A stretch of DNA of 32,318 nucleotides, taken from positions 1 to 32,318 of IMG/VR virus record IMGVR_UViG_3300037467_000591. One strand, given 5' to 3'. Both the position numbers and the translations under genes were made by a program. This DNA is from a virus (taxonomy: Duplodnaviria > Caudoviricetes). Below, piece after piece: positions 8,850 to 15,988 of the stretch (its first letter is position 1; every line of letters starts with the position of its first letter). The notes under the pieces were generated by a model. That model made no database searches, was not told where the DNA came from, and was given only the letters and a program-made list of their open reading frames with translations.

Positions 8850-9295
8850 GTAATTTGTAAGCTATCGGATGCACTCGCAAGGTTAACGGCTCCCGTTAAT
8901 TGATGAGCAAATAATGTACCGGACGTTGCTGCATTGAATAACCCAACCTCTTGTATTGTTGGGTTGCCTGTTCCGCCTGTTAATGTTGCAACGTATCTTA
9001 TAACGTTTCCGCTTGGGTTTGAACGTGTAACCGCTTGTCGTGCATAACCGGAATACGTGCCCGTTGTTAATTCTGTGCCTAATGTTGTGTCGGATGCAGC
9101 AACGGCCGTACTAGACGTACCAAAACCAATATGCGTTACTAATGACGTGCCGGCACTTGCTGAATTTAATAAACTTGCTAATGAGTTTTTTCCAACCGTT
9201 GTAATAACGTTGTCTCTTTCCATTATTGAAATGACTTGGCCATCTCTAATGTGCTCAACTTTAATGCGTCCTGTAACTTTTAAACCTTCATTCAT
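8828..9295 (-). CDS. phage tail-fibre-associated structural protein
   Basis: NVITTVGKN...HIGFGTS.TA....DTTL..E...I.EVGLFNA..SGTLFA pattern typical of fibre-attachment domains. Confidence 0.7.
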   Translation of the reverse strand: MNEGLKVTGRIKVEHIRDGQVISIMERDNVITTVGKNSLASLLNSASAGTSLVTHIGFGTSSTAVAASDTTLGTELTTGTYSGYARQAVTRSNPSGNVIRYVATLTGGTGNPTIQEVGLFNAATSGTLFAHQLTGAVNLASASDSLQITWDVTLN

Positions 9296-9313
9296 TGTAA
9301 AACCCCCATTTTA

Positions 9314-9362
9314 TCTAAATTTTGTTACAATTCAATTATATATCAAAAAGTGCATAAAAAAA
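9314..9362 (-). promoter_or_regulatory. conserved 49-bp upstream element, copy 2
   Basis: 42/49 identical to 6798-6846. Confidence 0.6.
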
Positions 9363-9381
9363 GACCCATTAAAAATGGGTT
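9356..9381 (-). terminator. intrinsic terminator
   Basis: ACCCATT-aaa-AATGGGT stem with T-run on the minus strand. Confidence 0.65.
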
Positions 9382-9598
9382 TCGTTTGAACTAGACAGTT
9401 GTCGAGACTGTTTAAATACTAAGAATGTATTACAAAGTATTATCAAATACCCTGCAATGCTTGGTTAATTGTTTCCGCAACTAACCGTATGAAATGTAAA
9501 TATAAGTATTTTACTACATTTAAAGCGGATAAATAAAAGGTAATTCAGTTAATGAAATAAGGTTAAAATAAAACAAAATACTTAAACGAAAAATATAA

Positions 9599-9629
9599 AC
9601 GGGCCATACGTGCGCATCGTATTGCCCGT
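9599..9629 (-). terminator. GC-rich hairpin downstream of the ATPase gene
   Basis: ACGGGC.ATACG...CGTAT.GCCCGT followed by TTATATTTTT. Confidence 0.55.
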
Positions 9630-9641
9630 ACCGGTAAAACA

Positions 9642-9671
9642 ATTATACTCATTAATTGATTATTTTGTAAA
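9642..9671 (-). promoter_or_regulatory. sigmaA-like promoter with no obvious downstream ORF
   Basis: TTTACA-18-TATAAT; degenerate operator copy at 9658-9672. Confidence 0.45.
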
Positions 9672-9680
9672 CACTTAATT

Positions 9681-12287
9681 TTATATAATTTGTTGCAATT
9701 CTTTCCATGATCGGCCATACATGCGGGCATGGCGTTTTGTTAAGAATGAGTTATCATAAGGCGTATTAACCGGCGGCCTCATATGGCATAAAAATGCCGG
9801 CTGCAACTCTCCCCCGGCCCTAACACTAACTATTGCATGATGCATTGGCGTTTTATATGCGTCCTCTAAGGATATTGTTTCCTCAAATCTATGTTTAGAT
9901 TTATCAAATGTATTTGTATGATCGTTATAAAATAAAAACTGTTGAACGCCTCCACCTTGTAAATTTTCCTGCAAACTATGCGCTAATTTATTCCAATGAT
10001 GAAAAGCATAGATTGAGCCGAAACGCGCTTTTCTTCCCTCGGTACCAATACGGCCCATTAATTTTGTAAGTCCTTCACTTTCGTATTGCTCCGGCTCATT
10101 AAATATCATGAAACAACCGTTTTTTTGGTCCTCTTTGCTCATTAAAATACGTGTCATAAACGCCTTTAACGTGATCCAATGAACTAATATTTTAACGGCA
10201 AATTCTCCGAACCCTTTGCCATTTGGAACGCGTAAAATAATTACTTTTCCCTCTTTCATCCACTTTGCGAAATCTAACCCCTCAATTGGTTCTTGGGCGA
10301 AAATATCAAATAATTTATTGGTCCCGAAAAATCTATTAAGACGGTGTAAAATTGCATCTGCTTTATTACCTAAATACGGGCCGCCTTCCTCATCTTTCCC
10401 CGGCTTTTCATTTGGTCCCCATGCTAACAACTCGCGGGCCAAACGCAATTGTCCTTCCTCGATTAATTCTTGTATGCGCTGCGCTCTATAATTTTCGTCC
10501 TCAATAATGCGTTTAATATTGTATAAGCTGCCGTTGGCTGCCTTTGCTGCATCTGTTAAATACTTTTCGGATCGGCTCAACCCCTCAATTTGTAAAAAGT
10601 CAATCATCTCCATTGCAAAACGATCCGCCCCATTTGGCCCTAATGCTTTAACAACCTCTGTTAAATCTAACGCCGGAGTGAAATCGTCGTCAAATAAATT
10701 AAGATCAATAATATTTTCCGGCGGTAAAGCGTCTCTTATTCCGTCGGCCATTCCTCGCTTTCCTTCCTCAACAATTGCGTCCGGGATAATAAAGCTAATA
10801 CCGTGCTTTAAATTACCCTCTACAACCCAATTTATAACGGCCGTATCTTTCCCGGCCCCTTGCCCTCCTATAAATACATAACCCTTGTAAAACTCATCCG
10901 GGTTACTTACCGGCATATAAATTTGTATTACTTGGTCTTTTAATTCTGCGTTGCCTAAATAAATACCGTTACTATCTCTTAATGCTGCCGGTATTTCAAC
11001 CTCAACGCGTTTTTTCGCGTTCAACGCATCTGCAAACTTACGTTGTAACTCTTTGTTAGGCATCATTAGGGCCAATTTGCTTAATTCATCCGTGCTCACT
11101 AAATTTACATTTGGATCATATTTTGTTTTCATACCTAAATTTAATGTGTTTAATTCCGTTAAAATTTCTTTTGTACGTGAACTATTAATTTTAATTTTAA
11201 TGCCGTTTAATTCGTTTGAATCGCTCAAATCTTGCGTTGATAATGCTAATGTCTCGCTTATCGTTTCGCGTGTTAGGCGGTCCGCTGAATGTGCAGCAAC
11301 GCGAATATGAGTTTTAAAAACGGGTTGGTTTCCTTTTTCGTGACTAAAACGGCTGCTGCCTATTTCATCCTCTAACGAATATGCTTTTTTAATCATTTTT
11401 TCCTTTTCAAATTTCTTTTCACTCTTAAAAAACGAATTTGCTAACGCTTGGAAAGTATCTGTTAATAAATCGTTAATCTCATTAATAACGCCGGCAATAC
11501 CTATTTTTGCGCCTGTTGCAATGCGTTTACCGTCTACATTGGCCCTTTGTGGAATTTTCCCCTTGCTCAATTTTTCATACGCCCATTGCGCATTTTTAAC
11601 CCATTTATTGCGGTTTTCGGCCTCTGCGCATATGCTCATACGTGCAACGTCTCCGTCATATTGCAATTCGTCAACCGTACTTAAAATACTACCTATTGGC
11701 GTTTTAACATCATTGGAATTTGTATTCAAACTAAAAATATCATGCTTTAAGTATTTCATTTCCTGTACGATTGTATTTTCATACGGTATGTGTAAATCTT
11801 CGATTGTCGCCTCACTCATTGTAACGCTCATTTTATTCTCAATTTTTCTTTTTAATTTCTGCGCTTGGTATTCTGTTGTAGATACAAAAAATTCAATTCT
11901 TTTTTGTCCGTTCACTTGTCTAAATACAACATCAAACCAAAAATAATCCTTTTCTCTATATCTAAATTTAAAAATTCCTTTTCGTTCCGTGCGGCTTGAA
12001 TTACTTTCATACATTTCATACATTTTATAAATGGATCGCCACAACCTTTTATTATTGTTCGTAACGTCTGCATGAGGCGTTAATTTATAAACAATCATTT
12101 TATTTTTTTCTACCTGGAAAAACTCTTTGAATGAATAAGATTGTTTCTTTTTAAAAAGTGATCGTTTAACCGGTAAAGCGGGGACGTTCCCCGCATACGG
12201 TACCGGATAAAGATATTGTTCTTTAATCATTGGCGCATTTGGGTTATTCATATCTTTAATCGTGAAATTATCGCCGTGGATCGTCAT
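9681..12287 (-). CDS. VirB4/VirD4/HerA-FtsK superfamily ATPase (868 aa)
   Basis: Walker A GGQGAGKD, Walker-B-like CFMIFNEPEQ, TEGRKARF (arginine-finger region) and AFHH in the usual order. Confidence 0.8.
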   Translation of the reverse strand: MTIHGDNFTIKDMNNPNAPMIKEQYLYPVPYAGNVPALPVKRSLFKKKQSYSFKEFFQVEKNKMIVYKLTPHADVTNNNKRLWRSIYKMYEMYESNSSRTERKGIFKFRYREKDYFWFDVVFRQVNGQKRIEFFVSTTEYQAQKLKRKIENKMSVTMSEATIEDLHIPYENTIVQEMKYLKHDIFSLNTNSNDVKTPIGSILSTVDELQYDGDVARMSICAEAENRNKWVKNAQWAYEKLSKGKIPQRANVDGKRIATGAKIGIAGVINEINDLLTDTFQALANSFFKSEKKFEKEKMIKKAYSLEDEIGSSRFSHEKGNQPVFKTHIRVAAHSADRLTRETISETLALSTQDLSDSNELNGIKIKINSSRTKEILTELNTLNLGMKTKYDPNVNLVSTDELSKLALMMPNKELQRKFADALNAKKRVEVEIPAALRDSNGIYLGNAELKDQVIQIYMPVSNPDEFYKGYVFIGGQGAGKDTAVINWVVEGNLKHGISFIIPDAIVEEGKRGMADGIRDALPPENIIDLNLFDDDFTPALDLTEVVKALGPNGADRFAMEMIDFLQIEGLSRSEKYLTDAAKAANGSLYNIKRIIEDENYRAQRIQELIEEGQLRLARELLAWGPNEKPGKDEEGGPYLGNKADAILHRLNRFFGTNKLFDIFAQEPIEGLDFAKWMKEGKVIILRVPNGKGFGEFAVKILVHWITLKAFMTRILMSKEDQKNGCFMIFNEPEQYESEGLTKLMGRIGTEGRKARFGSIYAFHHWNKLAHSLQENLQGGGVQQFLFYNDHTNTFDKSKHRFEETISLEDAYKTPMHHAIVSVRAGGELQPAFLCHMRPPVNTPYDNSFLTKRHARMYGRSWKELQQII

Positions 12288-13001
12288 TTATACCCCTCCT
12301 AATATACATAAAGCAATTATTAATAGGGCCGTGTATATTGCAATTGGTTTTATCATGCCGCTTTTTCCAAACATGGCCCCTAATATTATAAATACGCCGG
12401 TTGCCATTGCTCCATAACCCATAATATTTGGAAGATGCAGCACGAACCAACCCCAAAACGCCTCCCCTAAATCTTTAAACATTTTAATGACCGGACCTAT
12501 TATAATTTCGTTTTCCTTATTTACCACTTTATCCGAAAAATGATTTATTTTATCCATTATCCAACCGTGACTATGAATGTTTTCAGCAATTTTTAATACT
12601 GTTTGGTGGTCCACGTTCCCGGCCATTTCACTTAAAGACTTTGCATATTCTGTTGGATCAATAAACGTGCCTTTTGCGTTTTGTATCCCGAAATGTAAAT
12701 GTGCGCCGTGAGAATGGCCCGTATTTCCTGTTGCTCCTAAAACGTCGCCCGGATGTATGCGCTGCCCTTTAAATACGTCAATTTGGCTTAAATGTCCGTA
12801 TATATGGTGCTCGCCGTTTGGTGTACGAATAACAACGCCTTTACCAATATTTTTGGTGCCATAATCTACAACCCTTTCAACTACTCCGTCCGTAACGCTG
12901 CGCAATGTCGTCCCGGATGGTGTGGCAATATCTATTCCGTTATGAACGCCTTCTCTAACCGGGGATAATTCCCCAAACCCGCCGCTCAATCGAAATTTCA
13001 T
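12288..13001 (-). CDS. M23 (LytM-type) peptidoglycan endopeptidase with two C-terminal transmembrane helices
   Basis: HNGID (HxxxD), YGHL and HLH (HxH) zinc motifs intact; hydrophobic C-terminus; no N-terminal signal peptide. Confidence 0.88.
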   Translation of the reverse strand: MKFRLSGGFGELSPVREGVHNGIDIATPSGTTLRSVTDGVVERVVDYGTKNIGKGVVIRTPNGEHHIYGHLSQIDVFKGQRIHPGDVLGATGNTGHSHGAHLHFGIQNAKGTFIDPTEYAKSLSEMAGNVDHQTVLKIAENIHSHGWIMDKINHFSDKVVNKENEIIIGPVIKMFKDLGEAFWGWFVLHLPNIMGYGAMATGVFIILGAMFGKSGMIKPIAIYTALLIIALCILGGV

Positions 13002-13114
13002 TATTTATACCCCCATAATTTAGAGATTTTTTTAATCGCTTTATCTGTCGTTTTATTTGCAGCTTTAACCGCCTTAATAACTTTTTTAATGTTGCTTTTC
13101 TTCTTTTTAGCCAT
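13001..13114 (-). CDS. Lys-rich 37-aa peptide (MAKKKKSNIKKVIKAVKAANKTTDKAIKKISKLWGYK)
   Basis: Hand-translated; fills the gap exactly, TAATG-coupled to the M23 gene; AAAGGG upstream. Confidence 0.6.
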   Translation of the reverse strand: MAKKKKSNIKKVIKAVKAANKTTDKAIKKISKLWGYK

Positions 13115-13117
13115 AAC

Positions 13118-13477
13118 TTATATACCCTTTAAAAAATCTCTAATATCAATTGCATGACGTGCAAGTATATAACCGCATGAGACGCCTATAATAATTTCTA
13201 TCGCCTTTGTACGGTGATTTAAACCCCATGACGCCCCGGCAAAAATTAGAACTAATACGACGCCCGCATCAAACGCCCTCATGATCGCCTCGTAAACATT
13301 GCCAAACGTGCCATCCATCGTTTCGCCTAATACGATTTTCGGACCAATTAAAGTCAATGCCGGTGTAATTGCTGCAACTGTTTTTGTAACCGCCGTTATG
13401 CTGCTATCACCTTTTTTAATACGTTTATAATCGCCGCTCATAAATTCCTTAATACTCATTGTTTGAACCTTTGCCAT
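13118..13477 (-). CDS. TrbC/VirB2-pilin-like membrane protein
   Basis: Hydrophobic leader, then two hydrophobic segments joined by a short basic loop (IFAGASWGLNHRTKAIEIIIGVSCGY); GGGGG RBS. Confidence 0.6.
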   Translation of the reverse strand: MAKVQTMSIKEFMSGDYKRIKKGDSSITAVTKTVAAITPALTLIGPKIVLGETMDGTFGNVYEAIMRAFDAGVVLVLIFAGASWGLNHRTKAIEIIIGVSCGYILARHAIDIRDFLKGI

Positions 13478-13491
13478 TATTAAAACCCCCT

Positions 13492-13521
13492 GTATAAAAA
13501 TTTTGATGCCGGGCCATAATA
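13492..13521 (+). promoter_or_regulatory. sigmaF/sigmaG (forespore) promoter
   Basis: GTATA-15-GGCCATAATA matches the B. subtilis sigmaF consensus GYATA-N15-GGnnAnAHTR and the sigmaG consensus GHATR-N18-CATWHTA. Confidence 0.75.
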
Positions 13522-13553
13522 AAAGTACGTTGATGTTAGAAAGGATGATATTA

Positions 13554-13625
13554 ATGTTTATAGCTGCTTTAATTGTTGGTTATGCCGTGGGCCTAGCCGT
13601 TAATGATATGTTGAAAAAAGACTAA
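13554..13625 (+). CDS. 23-aa hydrophobic peptide (MFIAALIVGYAVGLAVNDMLKKD)
   Basis: Strong RBS AGAAAGGATGA; single-TM pattern with charged tail; downstream of the sigmaF/G promoter; stop overlaps the stop of the convergent RHH gene. Confidence 0.7.
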   Translation: MFIAALIVGYAVGLAVNDMLKKD

Positions 13626-13936
13626 TTAAACATTTTAGGGCCGGGCGCAATGTCCGGTTTTTTGTTTTCTAATTCTTTTTTCATTTTTGCTATTTTCTCC
13701 GCTGCCGTTAATGGCTTATTTTCTTTTACAACTTCTTTTATTGGCTCATCTTCTGAAACGTCTTTAAATGCCTCATTTTGGGCTTTTAACGTTTCCCGCT
13801 CCTTTATGTCTGCTAGTATTAATTTTTTCACATATCCGCTAAAATTTCGGCCTTTTACACGCTTTAAAATTTGTTGATCCTCTGCATTTTTAGAATTAAA
13901 GGCAACGGGTTTAGAAAAACGGTTTTTCTCTTTCAT
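13622..13936 (-). CDS. ribbon-helix-helix-like DNA-binding protein
   Basis: SKPVAFN (beta strand) ... NFSGYVKKLILADI (helix) pattern; charged C-terminal tail; AAAGGGGG RBS. Confidence 0.7.
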   Translation of the reverse strand: MKEKNRFSKPVAFNSKNAEDQQILKRVKGRNFSGYVKKLILADIKERETLKAQNEAFKDVSEDEPIKEVVKENKPLTAAEKIAKMKKELENKKPDIAPGPKMFN

Positions 13937-13966
13937 TAGGCGTTTGCCCCCTTTCTTTGTTTTTAT

Positions 13967-13995
13967 ACGATATGAGCGCTAATATCATTTGATGC
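13967..13995 (-). promoter_or_regulatory. sigmaE-like (mother-cell) promoter of the RHH-to-ATPase operon
   Basis: GCATCAA-14-CATATCGT versus the consensus KMATAWW-N14-CATACAHT; lies between a terminator and the RBS. Confidence 0.6.
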
Positions 13996-14004
13996 ACGTA
14001 CCCA

Positions 14005-14038
14005 ATAAAAAAACCGCTCGGAATTTTCCCGGCGGTTT
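14005..14038. terminator. intrinsic terminator, likely bidirectional
   Basis: AAACCGC.CGG...CCGG.CGGTTT stem with T-run on the minus strand. Confidence 0.65.
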
Positions 14039-14112
14039 GTGTTAGCTAATTAGCTGCAACGCGTCTTGCTATATAGCTATGCGGCGGATATGTAAAAGAT
14101 GCATGATCCACA

Positions 14113-14140
14113 AAAATAAAACCCGGTAAATTTATACCGG
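14113..14140 (-). terminator. intrinsic terminator
   Basis: CCCGGTA...TACCGGG stem with T-run. Confidence 0.65.
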
Positions 14141-14329
14141 GCGGCTTAACTCTTTTTCTGTATACATTTTCTTGCAGCTTTTACACTTATAACGAACCGG
14201 TAAAAACGGAACGAATGGTAAAAATAAGATCATTGGCCAAATGATAAAACTAACAATTAAGAATGTGAAAAATTGCATCCCTTTACTAAATTTAGTCATT
14301 TCGTTTTGACAGTTAGGACATATTTTCAA
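14132..14329 (-). CDS. LITAF-like zinc-ribbon membrane protein
   Basis: CPNC, then a hydrophobic hairpin, then CKSC; AAGGAGG RBS. Confidence 0.7.
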   Translation of the reverse strand: MKICPNCQNEMTKFSKGMQFFTFLIVSFIIWPMILFLPFVPFLPVRYKCKSCKKMYTEKELSRPV

Positions 14330-14819
14330 TTTTATTTTCCTCCTTAATTTTAAACGTCCAACCTTTTGTTTGTTTTCTTTTTCCGTTTAAACAACGATTA
14401 ACATTTGATGGCTCTAAATTGTGTAAAAGAGCAAACTTTGTATACCCTAAACCTTCGTATTTTATCCCATCCGGCGAAATAGCTATAAATCTTTTGTTAT
14501 TCCGTCTGTTGTAATTTTGAATGGAATAAGTTGCCCAACGGCAATTACCTAAAAAATAACCTTTTTCATTGTCTATTCTGTCTAAAGTAGTGTTATTTTC
14601 TCCATAAATTTTTACATGGTCTAAATAACTTTCGTACATATCATTTTTAAAATTAATAAAATCTTCCCAATGATCCAAAAAAGTTATACCCCTACCGCCG
14701 TAATTATGAAAGTCTCTATGGGTTTTTATTTCACAACGACTTTTTGCATTTTGCCAAATTCTATAAAATTTAGTGTTCCTATGACCGTGAAATTTTCCTC
14801 TTACCATATTTACCTCCAT
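14313..14819 (-). CDS. free-standing HNH homing endonuclease with C-terminal NUMOD1-like domain
   Basis: YRIW...KSRC, YGGRGI, TLDRIDNEKGY...NCRWAT...Q.YNRR, and C-terminal V.RCLNGKRKQTKGWTF. Confidence 0.85.
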   Translation of the reverse strand: MEVNMVRGKFHGHRNTKFYRIWQNAKSRCEIKTHRDFHNYGGRGITFLDHWEDFINFKNDMYESYLDHVKIYGENNTTLDRIDNEKGYFLGNCRWATYSIQNYNRRNNKRFIAISPDGIKYEGLGYTKFALLHNLEPSNVNRCLNGKRKQTKGWTFKIKEENKIENMS

Positions 14820-14898
14820 ATCTTATGCAATGTACCACAAAATAAATAACCCAATTAGACAAATTAAAGCGCCTATTAAATTTAGACGCTTTAATAAT

Positions 14899-15168
14899 TT
14901 AACGCGCAATATTTAACCTCCTAATTTGTTCGTATTTTTCCACCTCGTAAGCCGGGTAATACGATCCGCCGCCCTCTACAATACCCTCTATTGGTTGGCA
15001 AAAATCTGTATGCCTAACACTCCAATTTTGGACGGTTTGACGGTCAACGCCCCAACGAATAGCTAATGATTGTTTAGTGTATAACGGAAAAACTTTTTTT
15101 ACTGTTTCTACTGAATGGCTCATAACATCCTCAATGCAGCTTTCTAAAAACTCATCGTAATTTTTCAT
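14899..15168 (-). CDS. MerR/excisionase-like winged HTH DNA-binding protein
   Basis: LYTKQSLAIRWGVDRQTVQNW..RH.DF..P...Y...EVEKYE; GGGGGAG RBS. Confidence 0.75.
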   Translation of the reverse strand: MKNYDEFLESCIEDVMSHSVETVKKVFPLYTKQSLAIRWGVDRQTVQNWSVRHTDFCQPIEGIVEGGGSYYPAYEVEKYEQIRRLNIAR

Positions 15169-15299
15169 GCTGAATTACTCCCCCTTCCGTTGTTAAAACG
15201 GCAACCATAACATATAATGAATTTAAGCCGCTCAACCGCCTAAATTGTTCGGCGCATTATTTACCCCTCTGCCCGTTGGATCGCCGCCAACGGGTTTTT

Positions 15300-15496
15300 T
15301 TATAACAAAATTTCTAATAATGCAGCTAATAAAAACCCAATTCCAATAAGAATACCCATTACATCCATAAATACTTTTTAAAAAAACGTGCTGCCGGCGT
15401 TTCTTTTGTTCTAAAATATAAAGCTCCTGCAATTGCTCCAAATGCTAACGATCCAAAAAATAAAACCAAATAAATAAAAGTAAACGGCATATTCAT
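15300..15496 (-). pseudogene. small two-TM membrane protein interrupted by a frame change at a T7A5 homopolymer
   Basis: Frame 0 (15359-15496) MNMPFTFIYLVLFFGSLAFGAIAGALYF...RFFKK; the -1 frame continues VFMDVMGILIGIGFLLAALLEILL to the stop at 15300. Confidence 0.45.
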
Positions 15497-15500
15497 TAAA

Positions 15501-15674
15501 TTACCCCTTTTCTATTTTTGATTTTCGGCCACGCCTTTTAATTTCCACGGTTTTAATTAATTCCCAACGGTTAATTTTGATTTTTTCGTTAATCCCTTTT
15601 AACGCGCCCTCACCTTCAATAATTTCTTTAACGATGTTTAAGCCATTAAAATAGTTAACACTATACTTTTTCAT
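15501..15674 (-). CDS. hypothetical protein (57 aa, MKKYSVNYFNGLNIVKEIIEG...)
   Basis: Hand-translated; GGAGG RBS; not in the ORF track. Confidence 0.65.
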   Translation of the reverse strand: MKKYSVNYFNGLNIVKEIIEGEGALKGINEKIKINRWELIKTVEIKRRGRKSKIEKG

Positions 15675-15746
15675 GGTGTACCGCCTCCGTGTTGTAAAGT
15701 GCTTTCACCTTTTAAGGCCCGGGCATCTGCTGCCTCGGGCCATTTT

Positions 15747-15920
15747 TTAAATTCCTTCTATTACTTCTACTTTTTCGATTCTCATATATCTATTAAAGTC
15801 TTTTTTCCAAATTGTTTCCATTATCTTCTCGATCGCTTGCTCTTTACCTTCTGCTACAACATTCATTTTAGTAACTTTCCCTAACTCATCTGTTACCGTA
15901 CCGTAAAAGTTTTTACCCAA
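15747..15920 (-). CDS. hypothetical protein
   Basis: ORF-track gene; spacing to AAAGGGG favours the second TTG (15920). Confidence 0.6.
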   Translation of the reverse strand: MGKNFYGTVTDELGKVTKMNVVAEGKEQAIEKIMETIWKKDFNRYMRIEKVEVIEGI

Positions 15921-15959
15921 ATTCGCCAACCCCTTTTTGTTTTTGTTTACCTTGTAATC

Positions 15960-15988
15960 ATCTTACAATAAAGTGTATACATTGTAAA
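15960..15988 (-). promoter_or_regulatory. sigmaA-like promoter with two operator copies
   Basis: TTTACA-17-TAAGAT; palindromes at 15945-15959 and 15975-15989. Confidence 0.65.

Noticed and set aside
12268-12456. 62-aa alternative-frame ORF
   Set aside because: It lies inside the M23 gene's TM-coding region with no independent support.
15232-15441. 69-aa ORF-track call (MEQLQELY...)
   Set aside because: It lacks a good RBS, runs through a terminator-like hairpin and overlaps a better-supported membrane-protein frame.
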